Assembly: GCA_965205265.1 (NCBI GenBank)
Contig: CBDBGH010000001.1
Location: 1 to 64,000, forward strand
DNA length: 64,000 bases
From: Alphaproteobacteria bacterium
Lineage (GTDB): Bacteria; Pseudomonadota; Alphaproteobacteria; Bin95
Reading direction: 5' to 3'
Shown here: piece by piece, positions 17,751 through 29,523 of the stretch
Numbering within the stretch: the first letter of the stretch is position 1
How the letters are laid out: each line of letters opens with the position of its first letter
Notes under the pieces: model-generated
What the model was told of the DNA's origin: nothing
Database searches by the model: none
What the model saw: the letters and a program-made list of their open reading frames with translations, nothing else
Made by a program: the position numbers and the translations under genes

Positions 17751-18306
17751 ATGAACACTTTTCCGGCCAGGATCGGATATGCGCGGATCTCCACCATCAA
17801 TCAGAATCCCGATGCCCAGGTGAAGGCTCTGGAAGCGGCGGGATGTGGCGTGGTCAGGACCGAGCGGAAAGGCGGCGCCACCCTGGAAGGACGACCGGAA
17901 CCGGAAACCATCCCCGACCTCATCAATCCCGGCGAGGCACTGGTGGTCACCCGCATTGACCGGCCTGCCCGCGGCCTCGGCGACCTGCGGACCATCGCGG
18001 CCCACCTGAAATCAAGGGGCGTATCTGGTTGCCACAGAGCAGCCGGCTGACACCTCCTCGGCAACCGGAAAGGCCTTCCTTGACATGCTCGGGGTTCTTG
18101 CTGGGTTCGAGACCAACCTGCGACAGGAGCGCCAGGCCGAGGGCATCGCTGCCGCAAGGCTGCGGGGTGTGTACCGCGGCCGGACCCCCAAGACAGACAT
18201 GGCGGCCATCCAGGACAGACTGACCGAAGGGCTCTCTCCCACAGGGATCGCGCACGAAATGGGTATCTCGCGGGGCACTGTCCACAAAGCGAAGGCATTG
18301 ATGTGA
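17751..18306 (+). pseudogene. Serine resolvase, frameshifted
   Basis: IGYARIST...TRIDRPAR in one frame; FETNLRQERQAEGIAAA...YRGR...ISRGTV in another. Confidence 0.85.
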
Positions 18307-18454
18307 AAGAGAACAGGAGGCGGGTTCGATCCTCAGCCAGGCGGCGGACGCCCGGCAATGCAAACAGGACTGTGATCCGGCCGCCCGCGTCATCCAGGGC
18401 TGTCCCACCGCGCGCTATGCCCCGCAACTCTGTGACCGTCCGCGTCGCGACCTC

Positions 18455-18805
18455 ATGAAGGCCTGTCGCGAAGTTGCTGAAACCCATGGGCTCACCGTCG
18501 AGGGAGAGGATCCGGGCGACATCGATCTGCGGCACGGGTTCGGGATCGGGTTCCGTGTCGGGATCCCGATGGAAGACGGGGCCCTCCACTCGCCGGACAA
18601 GGCCCTGTTCGAGGTTCTGGCACCGCAATTCGGGTTGGAACCTTCCGATTACGGCCGGACGTTCTCGCGGGAAGGTGAACGCTATCGGATCGTGGGGATC
18701 AATCCCAACCGGCCCAAATGCCCGGTCAGCGCCGAGCGGGTCGCGGATGGACGTGGATACAGGTTTCCGGCCGAAAATATCGCGCGCCATCCGCTGTATT
18801 CATAA
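18455..18805 (+). CDS. Hypothetical protein (N-terminus probably decayed)
   Basis: FGLEPSDYGRTF...YRIVGINPNRPK pattern with coding-like composition. Confidence 0.55.
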   Translation: MKACREVAETHGLTVEGEDPGDIDLRHGFGIGFRVGIPMEDGALHSPDKALFEVLAPQFGLEPSDYGRTFSREGERYRIVGINPNRPKCPVSAERVADGRGYRFPAENIARHPLYS

Positions 18806-18939
18806 GGGGATCATGGACGCCGGATTTGTGTTCATTAAGACAGCCATTTGTTCCCCATTCGTTCTTTCAGATGTCCATATATGCAGCTATGGTCCGTTTA
18901 GGCCTATTTCTCCGGCGGGAATGAATCGGGGGCAGGCCA

Positions 18940-19187
18940 GGTGCGCGGGACACGAACCCAATGTCGCGCTCATGGTACCGTTCCGGTGGGAAGAACCGCC
19001 TTGCCGCACGGAAATAGCCGTAGGCCACAAGGAACCCGATCCGGTTGGCCGGCCCCCGCAGACACCGCGCCACATGCATGACCGATTGGGAGAGGTCGAA
19101 GTGCCGCCTGCGCTCGGCAGCGCTGAAAACCGGGGGATGTTCGAAGCGTGCCTGTTCAGCCGCGTTCAGGATGCGCATTCGGGGCAT
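18940..19187 (-). pseudogene. Tn3-family transposase N-terminal remnant
   Basis: MPRMRILNAAEQARFEHPPVFSAAERRRHF...IGFLVAYGYFRAARRFF; divergent from a resolvase. Confidence 0.7.
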
Positions 19188-19326
19188 GCTGTTCCTCTTC
19201 AGGGATGTTTCAGGGGCGTTCCCGAAACCAGGGTTTCGGGAACGCGTTGCCATAAATATCCCCGATATACGGTTCCTTTTCCTTGTTCCCGTGGAAATGT
19301 TCCGATAGCTGCCTCCGCGGACCGTT

Positions 19327-20039
19327 TTGGGAACCTTTGCGGAGACCAGCTGGCCTGTCGGCTATGCCCGGGTTTCGACCCTTGACCAGAACCCGTCCCT
19401 CCAGCTCGAGGCCCTGGGCGGCGCGGGGTGTGGCAGGCTCTTCGTCGAAAAGGCCTCCGGCGCACGGGCTGACCGGCCGCAGCTGAAGGCCGCGTTCGCG
19501 TATCTCCGCGGCGGCGATGCCCTGGTCGTCCGGAAGCTCTCGCGGCTGGTGCGTTCCCTGAGGCAGGCCATCCAGACCGTTCAGGACATGCAGGCCCGGA
19601 ACATCGACCTTCGGGTACTCACGCAGAACATCGACACCGCCACACCGGAAGGGCGCCTGCTCTTCCACATGACGGCGGCCTTCGACGGGTTCCAGCGGGA
19701 GCTGATCGTGGAGAACACCAGGGCGGGGCTGGCGGCAGCCAGCAGGCAGGGCCGCAGGGGCGGCCGGCCCCGGTCGATGGACGACGGGAAAATCCGCCTT
19801 GCGGAGTCACTGCTCCGGGACACGGAGAACCATCCGTTCGTCAGCGATGTCATCAGGCAGCTCGGGATCGGGAAAACCGCGTTCCACCGCTACTTTCCGC
19901 CCGAACGTATCCGGGAACTCAGACCGCCGCCCACGCGCCCATGTCAACATGCCCGGCAAAGGACGGCACGATCCCTGCGGTCCTTCCGGACCGGAACGGG
20001 GCCTATGTTACTTTACGTTCCTTTGTTGGGTTTAGGCCG
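19327..20039 (+). pseudogene. Serine resolvase (stop lost) followed by Tn3-type end
   Basis: VGYARVSTLDQ...NIDTATPEGRL...GGRP; reads through the IR at about 20003-20038. Confidence 0.8.
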
Positions 20040-20300
20040 ATCCGGGGCGCCTATCGGTGATCAATTGTTTGGTTTGGTATTAGTGTGCCAATCGGCCCTA
20101 CATTCCTCCATGGGGTCTATCTGCGTAAAGGCTCCGACAAGCCCGGAGAAAACGGCATCGAATGTCCGCCTAATGTTCGTTTTCGTGGTCAAATATGCAG
20201 CTTCGAGCCCATCACCCCATAAAGCTCTGAGGGGTTCGTTCTGGCCAACCGCCGGATAATCAGGATACTTCTGTTCAGGATGATCGCCGATGGCCCTATC

Positions 20301-21304
20301 TCACCTCCTGAAATGCGGATTCGTCCCGGGATTGCGCGTCCGGCAAATCTTCTGGATGGCATCCACACGCCAGCACATGCCTAAAGCTGCCCCTTCCTCT
20401 TTGGCCCCGGCACGGCCACTGTAGCAGCCGATGAACATGGTGCCCTGACTGCCCCACAGCATCACGTCGCTTCTCTCCCAGAAACCGGGCTCGGCCGGAT
20501 CTATCTCACGGTACGGATCGCTCGTATCCCAAGGGCCATGGTAACGTGATGGTAACGTGCGAATACCGGCGATCCCGACATGCCGGCACGCGTCTGCGCA
20601 TCAATGAAGAAAGCCGGGATATCCCTACCTCCTGCGAGACCGCCATACTCCTGTGATTTTCCTGCAAGCCGGACATCATAGTATGGCTCGGAGGCCACAT
20701 ATCCAGACTTCCACAACGGCAAGCCGAAACCGACGCTGATGGCGTGCGGAAAGCCGATCACGAAGACAGTGCATCCGGGCTCGACGGGTATGTTGGTCTT
20801 GCTGATTCGGTTCGCGGCGTTGTGCATGGGATCGGGACAGGAGGTAGGCCTCTCGAAAGGGATGGCGACCACGTCACAGGACCGCCCAAGGTCCGGATGT
20901 TCAAGCCAAACCGGATGCTCGCCGCGGTAGAGGGGAATCTCATGAGGCGCGAGTCCGAATGACCGGCTGTTGCCGGCACCTACAGAATAGGAAGCCAATT
21001 TGGCGGTCAGGCTGAAAGGTTCACGGAACTGCGTCGCCACCGGCTCACCAGTTAGGAAGTTAAGGCCGCTGACCACATGCCAGTTCGTAATGATGAACCA
21101 TGCGTCCTCCATCTCGAAGAAGAAGGCGCTGGCCGACGACTGGATCTTTCCGGACTGATCACGCACCTGCAATTGAAAGGGGCATTGTGAATAGGTGCTT
21201 CTGATGCCGTGCTCTGGCATGGACCAAGCGTCTCCATCCGCCGTTTCCTGCCGCCCTGCCCCGCGCCGTCTGTACCGGTCCAATAAAGCCAATGCGACAG
21301 TCAT
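20301..21304 (-). pseudogene. Trypsin-like serine protease, frameshifted by an 11-bp tandem duplication
   Basis: Catalytic triad motifs ITNWHVV, CDVVAI and TRAGMSGSPV. ATGGTAACGTG is duplicated at 20538-20559; removing one copy restores ...GCYSGR...LGMCWR...RR* ending at 20301. Confidence 0.85.
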
Positions 21305-21674
21305 CGCGGTTGGTTCCTATAGGCATCCGGTGGGGAATAGCAATATCTCTCAGGCGGCGAGTCGGATCCCGGAATGGTAGGGTGACAGGTAGCGGACTGG
21401 GCCTGTCACCGAATCATGGGGTCCGTATGTCGGGAGGAGCACCTGAACCTATGGTCCGTGCAGCGGCCCCTCCTGACAGATGCCATGAGAGGCGCCGGCG
21501 TTTGCCTTCGCCGGGGATCCACCGCCCGCCGGAACCGCCCGTTCCTTCGCGGGAGGCCAGAGTACCGGAAATCCCGTCAGGACAGCTCGATGCCGGACAC
21601 CGCCCGTCCCGGCGACCTGTCAGGGACGGTTGCAGATATGACCTGCCATGGTGTAGGAGGAATGGCGATCCGGC

Positions 21675-22427
21675 ATGGAGGATATCATGGAGTGCGTCAC
21701 TGGTCCCATGGGATCGCAGTTCCACCGCATCGACAGCATACCCCTGTACATGATGGAGAGACTGGCCGGAATGGACTGGAACCTGGCGGGCCGTCGCGTG
21801 ATGGTCGACGCAGCCCAGGGCATCATCTGCTGGATGTCACCGTCAAGTGTCCATGAAGTCAACGCCAAAGCGACGGATCGGCTCGTGGAGATCGCCGGAT
21901 CCCTTTTGGGGAAGCAGGTGGTGCTCCTGGGAGGCACCCGCTGGAAACGTCCCGGAGATCCGGAGGGCACGGGTCTAGAGGCGGACGCGGCCTTCTATGT
22001 CGGCGGGAACGCCGAGGCCTGGTATGCCTCCGCGAAAACGGGCAAGCGGGCGCTTCAGGACTTCGAGTCCGCCACACCGTCGGATCTGGTGGTGGAGGTG
22101 GAGGTCACCCATCTCGACCATGACAAGCCAGACCGTTACGCGGCCCTTGGCGCACGTGAGATGTGGCAGGTGACGGAAAGGGAAAGCGATACGCCCCCCA
22201 TCGTCCAGATCCTTGACCTCCAGGCGGAAAGAGGCCCCACACCGATGGAGACCTCAAGGCTCCTGCCCGTCCTGTCAAGTGACCGTCTCTCCGAGGCCCT
22301 GTGGATCGCGCGGATGAATCCCCGGGCGGAGACAGAGAACCGTCTCAGTGATCTGCTCGACCGTCGGCCCGGACCGGACACAGAGCGGGACCGTGGCGCG
22401 TGGCGGGCACCCTCGCCGTTCGACTGA
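21675..22427 (+). CDS. Uma2-family PD-(D/E)XK endonuclease
   Basis: MSPSSVHE, GLEADAAFY, PSDLVVEVEVT, KPDRYAALGAREMW. Confidence 0.88.
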   Translation: MEDIMECVTGPMGSQFHRIDSIPLYMMERLAGMDWNLAGRRVMVDAAQGIICWMSPSSVHEVNAKATDRLVEIAGSLLGKQVVLLGGTRWKRPGDPEGTGLEADAAFYVGGNAEAWYASAKTGKRALQDFESATPSDLVVEVEVTHLDHDKPDRYAALGAREMWQVTERESDTPPIVQILDLQAERGPTPMETSRLLPVLSSDRLSEALWIARMNPRAETENRLSDLLDRRPGPDTERDRGAWRAPSPFD

Positions 22428-22545
22428 TGGCCTGACCCGCATCTTCCATTGGGAGGGGTCGCGGGGTCCATGGGAACGCAGGCCATCCGTCTTCCCTCCC
22501 GAAACACCCATTGCAGCGGAGCGGGCCCGGAACGGGTTGCGGTCC

Positions 22546-23778
22546 TCATCCCCCGACACCCACGGCGACGGTGCGGTCCCTTACCGACGCGACGCCGATC
22601 GATCGCCCGATGGACCGATGCAGCGCCTCCCACGGCGCGGTCGGGGCGGGCACGACCTCATGCAGCGCCCTCACATTGGCGGCCGACGGCTCCGGCATCC
22701 GCGCCCCGCACGACCTTCGGAACCTCACCGTCACGGCCCGCCGTGGCCATCGCCCTGATCTCGGAGGCCGTGAAGGCGCCGTAGAGCCGCGCCGCGAGAA
22801 TCCCTTGGTCCATCCCCATATCTGGCGATCCGAGCGCCGCGGCCAGGACATCCCGCTCCCGCCGAAGCGTCGGGACATCCATTTCCGGCCGCCCCTTTCC
22901 GAGCGCACCGGTCATCGCCTCCGCGGTCCGCTCCGGCCCGTCCCCTTTGGCGGCCACCACCGCCGCGGCAACCAGCCGCTCCAGCGGAGTCGGCACGACC
23001 TCCCGCCGCGCCAGCCGCCCCGCGGCCCTTCCATACCGGTCCCGCCATTCCCCGGCAAGCGCCGGATCGGCGTAGACCGGCTCTCCCCGGAACCTTTCGG
23101 TTTCGGCCGCGAGGGGACTCTCCTATATCCCCTGGCTGACGGAGACACGGAGGTCGGCCTCCGCCCTCGCGCGGGCGATCACGCGGGCCGTGGCGGTGAT
23201 ACCGGCCTCCCGCCCGGACCGGTCCCGCACGGCGTCCTTCAGAAGGGCATGGATCGCGTCCTGAAGACCGGGCCCGTGGACCGGACTGTCGGCGGCGGTC
23301 CTGCGGGTGACCACACAGGCAAGCAGCAGCGCCAGTTCCCGGCAGTGACCCTCCGCCATGGCACCGCCGACCCGTGAAAAGGCTGCGCCCTGCCCCGCTA
23401 GGCCGCAGCCGGGCCCCTTTCCCTGGCGTAGCCCGCCACACGCCGCCTGCGTCGTCCGGCACCCCCGATTCCGAACAGTCCGAGGGCGTCTCGGGCGACC
23501 TGTTCGTCGGATTTCTCCACGGCGGCGAGGATGCCGCCGATGTCGAGACCCCGCCGCATCGGCCGCCGCCTCCTCCTCCGCCGACGTTCCCCGGTGCCGC
23601 AAGGCAGGTCGTCCATCCGCGTCCCCTCTCCCGCTCCGCGCCCTTTCGGGGCGACCAGGTCATCCACCTTGCCGAGCATCCGCGCGATCCCGGCCCGCTG
23701 GCCGTAGAGCGCCAGTCCGGCGGGGACCCGCTCCCCGATGCCGCGGAGGTGCCGGCCCATCTCCGCGGTGCTGGCCCT
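22546..23778 (-). pseudogene. Decayed GC-rich coding remnant of unknown function
   Basis: Several protein-like segments in shifting frames (e.g. ILAARLYGAFTASEIRAMA), cut at 23779 by the resolvase duplication. Confidence 0.35.
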
Positions 23779-24342
23779 GCCGCAGCTGAAGGCCGCGTTC
23801 GCGTATCTCCGCGGCGGCGATGCCCTGGTCGTCCGGAAGCTCTCGCGGCTGGTGCGTTCCCTGAGGCAGGCCATCCAGACCGTTCAGGACATGCAGGCCC
23901 GGAACATCGACCTTCGGGTACTCACGCAGAACATCGACACCGCCACACCGGAAGGGCGCCTGCTCTTCCACATGACGGCGGCCTTCGACGGGTTCCAGCG
24001 GGAGCTGATCGTGGAGAACACCAGGGCGGGGCTGGCGGCAGCCAGCAGGCAGGGCCGCAGGGGCGGCCGGCCCCGGTCGATGGACGACGGGAAAATCCGC
24101 CTTGCGGAGTCACTGCTCCGGGACACGGAGAACCATCCGTTCGTCAGCGATGTCATCAGGCAGCTCGGGATCGGGAAAACCGCGTTCCACCGCTACTTTC
24201 CGCCCGAACGTATCCGGGAACTCAGACCGCCGCCCACGCGCCCATGTCAACATGCCCGGCAAAGGACGGCACGATCCCTGCGGTCCTTCCGGACCGGAAC
24301 GGGGCCTATGTTACTTTACGTTCCTTTGTTGGGTTTAGGCCG
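23779..24342 (+). repeat. 564-bp direct duplicate of 19476-20039 (resolvase 3' half + Tn3-type end)
   Basis: Identical translated ORFs at an offset of 4303. Confidence 0.92.
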
Positions 24343-24536
24343 GAAATCGGCCGGGTCCATGCGGTCCTGCGCTCCCGTTGGCCGACGATGAATCGGACGG
24401 ATGTGGCCGTCGGTCTCCTGCATATGGGTGTCGGAAAAGCCTGACTGAACCTCCGTCTCCAAGGCTTCAGGTCCTGGACCAAGCGAAGAAGCTGGCTTCA
24501 GGCGCCGGAATCCTGTAGGATCCCAGCATCAATGTC

Positions 24537-25934
24537 ATGAAAGGACAGAAAATGGTCGATCTGCAGGGTCTGGAGGAATTCAGCCATATGCCGGACCGCG
24601 ATGAGGCCCCATTCCTGACCGGTCGCGATGGAGAGATGCGGCTTATCGACAGGCTCTGCCGAAATGCCTTGGGGAAAGTGACGGCTGGAAAAGAAGCCTC
24701 CAGCATGACGGCGCTGCTGCAGGGGGCGCCCGGCGCCGGCAAGACCTCGATCCTCAACCATCTCATCGACCGGTGGAGAAAGGATGCGGAGAACGCGCCC
24801 TATGTCGTGAAGATCAAACCTGCGGATCTGGAGGATGAGGCGGAACTGGCCGTTGCCATAATCGAGGCCGTGCGTCCCGGCGCTTCCCTGGTCTGGCGCA
24901 CGGAACATACTGCCGGACGAACGGGACGGGCCGGATTTTCCGGCACCGGTATGGAACTGGCCGACGGTACCATCGTACAGCCTGGTCCACGGTCCCTGAA
25001 CAATATCCTGTCAACGCTGTGCGGCGACAGGATCAAGGGGCCGAACTGGATCTGGGACCGCCCCATCGTGCTGATGGTGGATGAGATTCAGAGCCTGCAG
25101 CCACCGGTGGCGTCAATGATCCAGTCGCTGCATACGGGCTTGCATGGACTTCCGCTCGTGCCATTGTTCGCCGGTCTGGGCGATTCCCTTTCGGTCATCG
25201 AAAGATTCGCCAGCGGCTCCCGCCTGACGGCGGACAATGTCATGCGGTTGGGGTCGCTGCAGCCGGAGCAGGCGGCCAGCGTGGCGCACAGGATGTTCCG
25301 GACCTATGACGTTCGCGGCAGCGATGCCGCCCGCCGGCAATGGACCGACTGGGCCGTGGATGTCTCCGACGCCTGGCCGCAGCATCTGCACAATGCCCTG
25401 CGGGCCATGGCCCGCGGACTACTGCGGACCCGCGGGCGGTTGGACGATGTTGACGCTGGACAGGTTCATGAACAGGAACGGAACCTGCGACTTGCTGTCT
25501 ATAGGCGGCGACTGTCGGATCCCATGAAAGACGCCCGCCGACTGGTGGCGGCGGTCATGCGCGACTGCTCTCCAGGGACGGATGGATACGGGCCATATCA
25601 GGACGACATGCTCGCCTCCATCCGTCGGCACCGGCGCTTTGGGGACAGGCCGGAGGATGTGTCCTGGGAACTGCCGAAACATCCACCGCAGACACCCAGG
25701 GCCGGTCAGCCCATGGACGAGGATTCATTCCTGCGCCATCTCATCCATCGCGGGAGCCTGCATGAACGCGAGGATGGAGGTTTCGAATGTCCGATCCCGA
25801 CATTCCGCGACTTCCTTGTCCATCGGGGGAATCCGGTTCCGGCCCTGGAACATTGTATTGACCCATCCCCATCAAGGATATCCGCGACGGAACCGGAGCT
25901 GGTTCCGGATAAGGACGCGGATCCCTCACCGTAG
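24537..25934 (+). CDS. AAA+/P-loop ATPase
   Basis: FLTGRDGE, GAPGAGKTS (Walker A), LMVDEIQ (Walker B), WPQHLH, CPIPTFRDFL. Confidence 0.88.
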   Translation: MKGQKMVDLQGLEEFSHMPDRDEAPFLTGRDGEMRLIDRLCRNALGKVTAGKEASSMTALLQGAPGAGKTSILNHLIDRWRKDAENAPYVVKIKPADLEDEAELAVAIIEAVRPGASLVWRTEHTAGRTGRAGFSGTGMELADGTIVQPGPRSLNNILSTLCGDRIKGPNWIWDRPIVLMVDEIQSLQPPVASMIQSLHTGLHGLPLVPLFAGLGDSLSVIERFASGSRLTADNVMRLGSLQPEQAASVAHRMFRTYDVRGSDAARRQWTDWAVDVSDAWPQHLHNALRAMARGLLRTRGRLDDVDAGQVHEQERNLRLAVYRRRLSDPMKDARRLVAAVMRDCSPGTDGYGPYQDDMLASIRRHRRFGDRPEDVSWELPKHPPQTPRAGQPMDEDSFLRHLIHRGSLHEREDGGFECPIPTFRDFLVHRGNPVPALEHCIDPSPSRISATEPELVPDKDADPSP

Positions 25935-25979
25935 AAATGGATGCATCCATTCACCGCTTCCCTCCTTTTCAGCCCGCCG

Positions 25980-26899
25980 ACCTGGAGGGATATCCTCCCC
26001 GCCAGCCCGATGGCCTCCGACGTGGGGCGGGCCACGGCGGCGCGGCTTCACGCCGCCGCCGGATAGCGCATGCGGCGGCGCCGAACGGTGATGCCGGTCC
26101 CGTCCAGAAGCGCCGAAAGCACGGCGCAGGCGACGATGCCCAGCCCGTACTGCAGCGGCCCCGGCATGGTGTCGGGGAACGCCCCCGTCGTCCGGGCCTG
26201 GCAGCGCGGGCAGTCCCTGACCCCGGCCACGACCCGGCGCCCGGCGGTCTCGAACACGATGTCGGCCCCGCCGCGCTCCCGTGCCCCGTGCATTCGGTTC
26301 CGGTCAGGTCGTGGCCGCACCCGCGGCACCCGGCCACCGGGCTGGTCCCGGTCACGGCGACCGTCCGCAGGTTGCCCGGGTCCGTCTCCCCCGCCTTCGG
26401 CCCCCTGCCGCCGGAGCCCTTTCCGGCGCTCCGCGCGGTCCCGTCCCCGTCCCTGCGCGACGGCGGCAGGCCGGAGTTGCGCGGGGTCCTCCGCGTCGTC
26501 CTCCCGGCAGCACCGCCACCAGGATGTCCAGCAGCATGAAGGGCGCGTTGACCGTCCCGACCGTCTCCGCGCCCGCCCCGCCACTCCGCCTGATGGCACC
26601 GGACCGGGACTGGCAGCCGTCAAGCTGCCTAGGCAGCGACGCCCCGTTCACCGTCGGCATCGACCCGCCCCCGTATGGACGCGGCGCGGTGGCGCGGCCC
26701 TGGTTCCCGATCCGAAGTGGCCCATCCGCGGCCCCCGATAGCCCGCCCGGCCTACGCTGTCAAACCCTTCGCGCACAGTCGGACGGAAACGGCCGGATCG
26801 TCCAATGCATGACCGTGCCCTGTCAGGGAATCCGGAACGGCAGCTGCGCGGTCAGCATTGCATCGGGCCGGATTCAGCGGGAAAGGGGAGAGTAGTTAC
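25980..26899 (-). mobile_element. IS66-family element remnant
   Basis: GTAAC end at 26899 (minus strand). CRGCG and CPRC...FPDTMPGPLQYG segments are homologous to the element at 39881. Confidence 0.75.
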
Positions 26900-27937
26900 C
26901 CCGTCGTTTATGATCCGCTCGATCTGTGTGGCGGTCGCCAGGATATCTTCGAATCCGGGAGCCGCGCCAAAGATCATGGCAGTAGTGTTGGCATAATCAC
27001 GACCAAGCGCATCAATCATCTCGCTGACCGGTGCGATGGCAAATGATCCCGGGGCGGCGGAGGTCAGATCATAGTCCGGTCGATCAAAGAATATGCGGGC
27101 GTGGCGCACGCAATCGGCGCCGAGTTCGCGGTCCGTGAGCGCCGCTTTTCCGACCTCGGAGCCGAGCAGGCAATGCAGGTCGTAATAGTGCCGTGACACG
27201 CGCTGGCCTTCCTGCCGGAGCACGCCGCGCCGTTCGTACCAGCGCCGCAAGCCATGTGCGATCACCACCTTGTCCCAGAAGGTACGGGTGGCTTCAATCG
27301 TGGTGACGCCGACGACCGTCAGATCGAGCCCACCAGCCTCCTCACTGACATAGGGTCGAATTGTAACGGGACGGTTGGGATCGAGCGCTGACTTCGCGCC
27401 GGATTCGATTCGCACTGCCGGCCGCACATAGGCTCCGTCGCGTGGCTCAACCTCGGGATACCAGACGAGCAACGTCTGACCATCGGGATCGGCTTCGTCG
27501 ATCTCAATCCGCCCGGTGCCATTGGTGGCGTCACCGAGCTGTGCGCTGAGGAATTCGTTGAGCGGACCCGTGATATAGGCACGGCATGCGTCCCGGATCG
27601 CGTCAAGCCTGGCGCGGCGTTTCTTGTTCGACAGAGCCTCCAGTTCCTCGACCGAAGCGGCCTCATTGAGGTCGCCGCGGAAGACGGTGACATCGATGTC
27701 CTCGGAAAAGCGCTCGATTAGGCCATAAGCTTTCGACAACGAGGTGCCGCCCTTGAATAGCAGGCGTGGTCCGTCGGCGGGCCGTTCGTGATAGAGCGCA
27801 TTCAAGGTCCAGCAGACCCAGAAATCCTTTTCGACATTACCGATCGGCGTGCCGAGCCGATTGGCGGTGGTAAGAAACAGATCAAGCCGGTCAGACGGCG
27901 GCGCGGCGATGACCTGCTTGTAGGCTGCGGTGGTCAT
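26852..27937 (-). CDS. abiEii: AbiEii/AbiGii nucleotidyltransferase toxin (type IV TA)
   Basis: VEKDFWV, LLFKGGTSLSKAYGLIERFSEDID, RTFWDK, SRHYYD. The last residues come from the IS66 end. Confidence 0.92.
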   Translation of the reverse strand: MTTAAYKQVIAAPPSDRLDLFLTTANRLGTPIGNVEKDFWVCWTLNALYHERPADGPRLLFKGGTSLSKAYGLIERFSEDIDVTVFRGDLNEAASVEELEALSNKKRRARLDAIRDACRAYITGPLNEFLSAQLGDATNGTGRIEIDEADPDGQTLLVWYPEVEPRDGAYVRPAVRIESGAKSALDPNRPVTIRPYVSEEAGGLDLTVVGVTTIEATRTFWDKVVIAHGLRRWYERRGVLRQEGQRVSRHYYDLHCLLGSEVGKAALTDRELGADCVRHARIFFDRPDYDLTSAAPGSFAIAPVSEMIDALGRDYANTTAMIFGAAPGFEDILATATQIERIINDGVTTLPFPAESGPMQC

Positions 27938-28602
27938 GGCTGACCCTCGTCCGCATCGGTTACGCTGAGCAGGCCTCGCAAGAACTCCTGCATCCAGATC
28001 GGCAGCGCGGATAGGCCGGCGCGTAGATCGTCGCGGATCGCCTGCCCATGCTGCGGGTCGGCGAAAAGGCGGCGCAGCGCGGTCTGGACGCGGGAGCGCT
28101 CATCGTCCTGGGTTAGCATGTCCTGCATCCAGTGCAGCGCCTGGACAACGCGCATCGCCGGCCGGCCGGCCCAATAGAGGCGGCTGGGCGCGGCGAATTT
28201 GAAGTGGATCTCTTGGCTACCGAGCTTGATCGGCTTCAGGCGTGCATCCACCAGTACCTCGATGCGCGCGGGCACGGCGGTGGTGAGGCCGAGATCGTTC
28301 GCGGCGGTCATGCCGTCCACCACGGCACGCGCCTGGTCGCGGCGGGTGACGGCGCGGATGACGGCGCGATAATCGGGCACGGTGGGGCGGCCGGTCAGCT
28401 CATTCTTGCGGGGCTGATTGTAGAGACCGCGGTCGATGCGGCGTAGATCGCCTGCAGTGGCGAGGCGCTGCAGGGTTTTGTCGATGGCGGCGCGGCCGCC
28501 AAGATCGGCGAAATCGCCGGGCGTCCAGACCTCGTTCGGGCTGGAGGCGATCCGGGCGAGGAGCCGGGATCGAAGGTCACTATCGTGTGCTGAGGTCGCC
28601 AT
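27934..28602 (-). CDS. AbiEi-like antitoxin (DUF6088-type)
   Basis: Winged-HTH TPGDFADLG...LRRIDRGLY and AANDLGLTTAVPAR; coupled to abiEii. Confidence 0.85.
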   Translation of the reverse strand: MATSAHDSDLRSRLLARIASSPNEVWTPGDFADLGGRAAIDKTLQRLATAGDLRRIDRGLYNQPRKNELTGRPTVPDYRAVIRAVTRRDQARAVVDGMTAANDLGLTTAVPARIEVLVDARLKPIKLGSQEIHFKFAAPSRLYWAGRPAMRVVQALHWMQDMLTQDDERSRVQTALRRLFADPQHGQAIRDDLRAGLSALPIWMQEFLRGLLSVTDADEGQP

Positions 28603-28671
28603 GTCCGAAATATGATACATTTTTCGGACAGATACAAGGTTGTGTCCGAAGAGTGCTACATTCTTCGGACA
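28602..28671. promoter_or_regulatory. Tandem inverted-repeat operators of the abiE promoter
   Basis: TGTCCGAAA-N11-TTTCGGACA (28602-28630) and TGTCCGAAGA-N9-TCTTCGGACA (28643-28671). Confidence 0.7.
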
Positions 28672-28853
28672 GATTAGTGCTGTCGGCAGCGCCATGACCG
28701 GGCTTTGAGCCTTTGGTCAGTCACCGACGATAGTCCACCCTTCGGTTGGCCGTCGTCAGTTCCCACCCTCGTAAACACCAGCCCGACGGAGCAGGTCTCC
28801 GATACTTGTGGGCCCTGTACGCACGAAGTGGGTCAAAAACGGCCAGGTTTTCA

Positions 28854-29411
28854 TTAGAGCTGGGTTTTGCGCTTGATGCGGTCGATCGTGGCGACGCCGA
28901 CGTTGAAGTGTCGGGCGATGGCGCGAATTGACTGACCATCCCCGAGCATTGACCTGACCTGGCTCTGTTGGTGTTGCGTCAGTTTACATTTTCGGCCGAA
29001 CTTCACGCCACGTTTTTTCGCCGACGTCCGGCCTTCCTCGGTGCGTTCGTTGATGGGATTGCGCTCGAGTCCGGAAAGTCCGGCGAAAACAGTGAGCGGG
29101 AACCTGCCCATGGAGCCTGTTGTGTCCGCCCATGGCTCACGCAGGGACCGGAACGAGGCTCCGGCGGATTCAATTCCGTGGGTGATGGCGAAGAGGTCGT
29201 TGGTCGAACGTGCGAGACGGTCAAGGCTGGTGACCAGCAGGATGTCATCCGGCTGCAATGTGCCGGGCATCCTCCCGGGCTGGGGACGGCGACGATCAGA
29301 TCCGGCCATTTTTTCCTGGAAGACCGTCTCACAGCCCTCGGACTGGAGGTGCTCGATCTGGCTTTCCAGGTTCTGTCCTGTCGTTGAAACCCTTGCATAT
29401 CCGATCAGCAT
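28854..29411 (-). CDS. tnpR: Serine resolvase (several helix-breaking substitutions; possibly inactive)
   Basis: MLIGYARVSTTGQ, SLDRLARS, GVKFGRK and an HTH. Confidence 0.85.
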   Translation of the reverse strand: MLIGYARVSTTGQNLESQIEHLQSEGCETVFQEKMAGSDRRRPQPGRMPGTLQPDDILLVTSLDRLARSTNDLFAITHGIESAGASFRSLREPWADTTGSMGRFPLTVFAGLSGLERNPINERTEEGRTSAKKRGVKFGRKCKLTQHQQSQVRSMLGDGQSIRAIARHFNVGVATIDRIKRKTQL

Positions 29412-29523
29412 CGGTTCTGGCTTGGTTTCGCCGGGTGTTTACGGAACGGATATACGGGTTTTTCAAGGTGCTGGTTTCGCGCGCAAAAAATTCTGTTCCG
29501 GAATTTATAGGTTTCGGAACGCA

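Noticed and set aside
22348-24444. Numerous long Arg/Pro/Gly-rich ORFs here and in other very GC-rich stretches
   Set aside because: They are expected from stop-codon scarcity at high GC and show no recognisable motifs.
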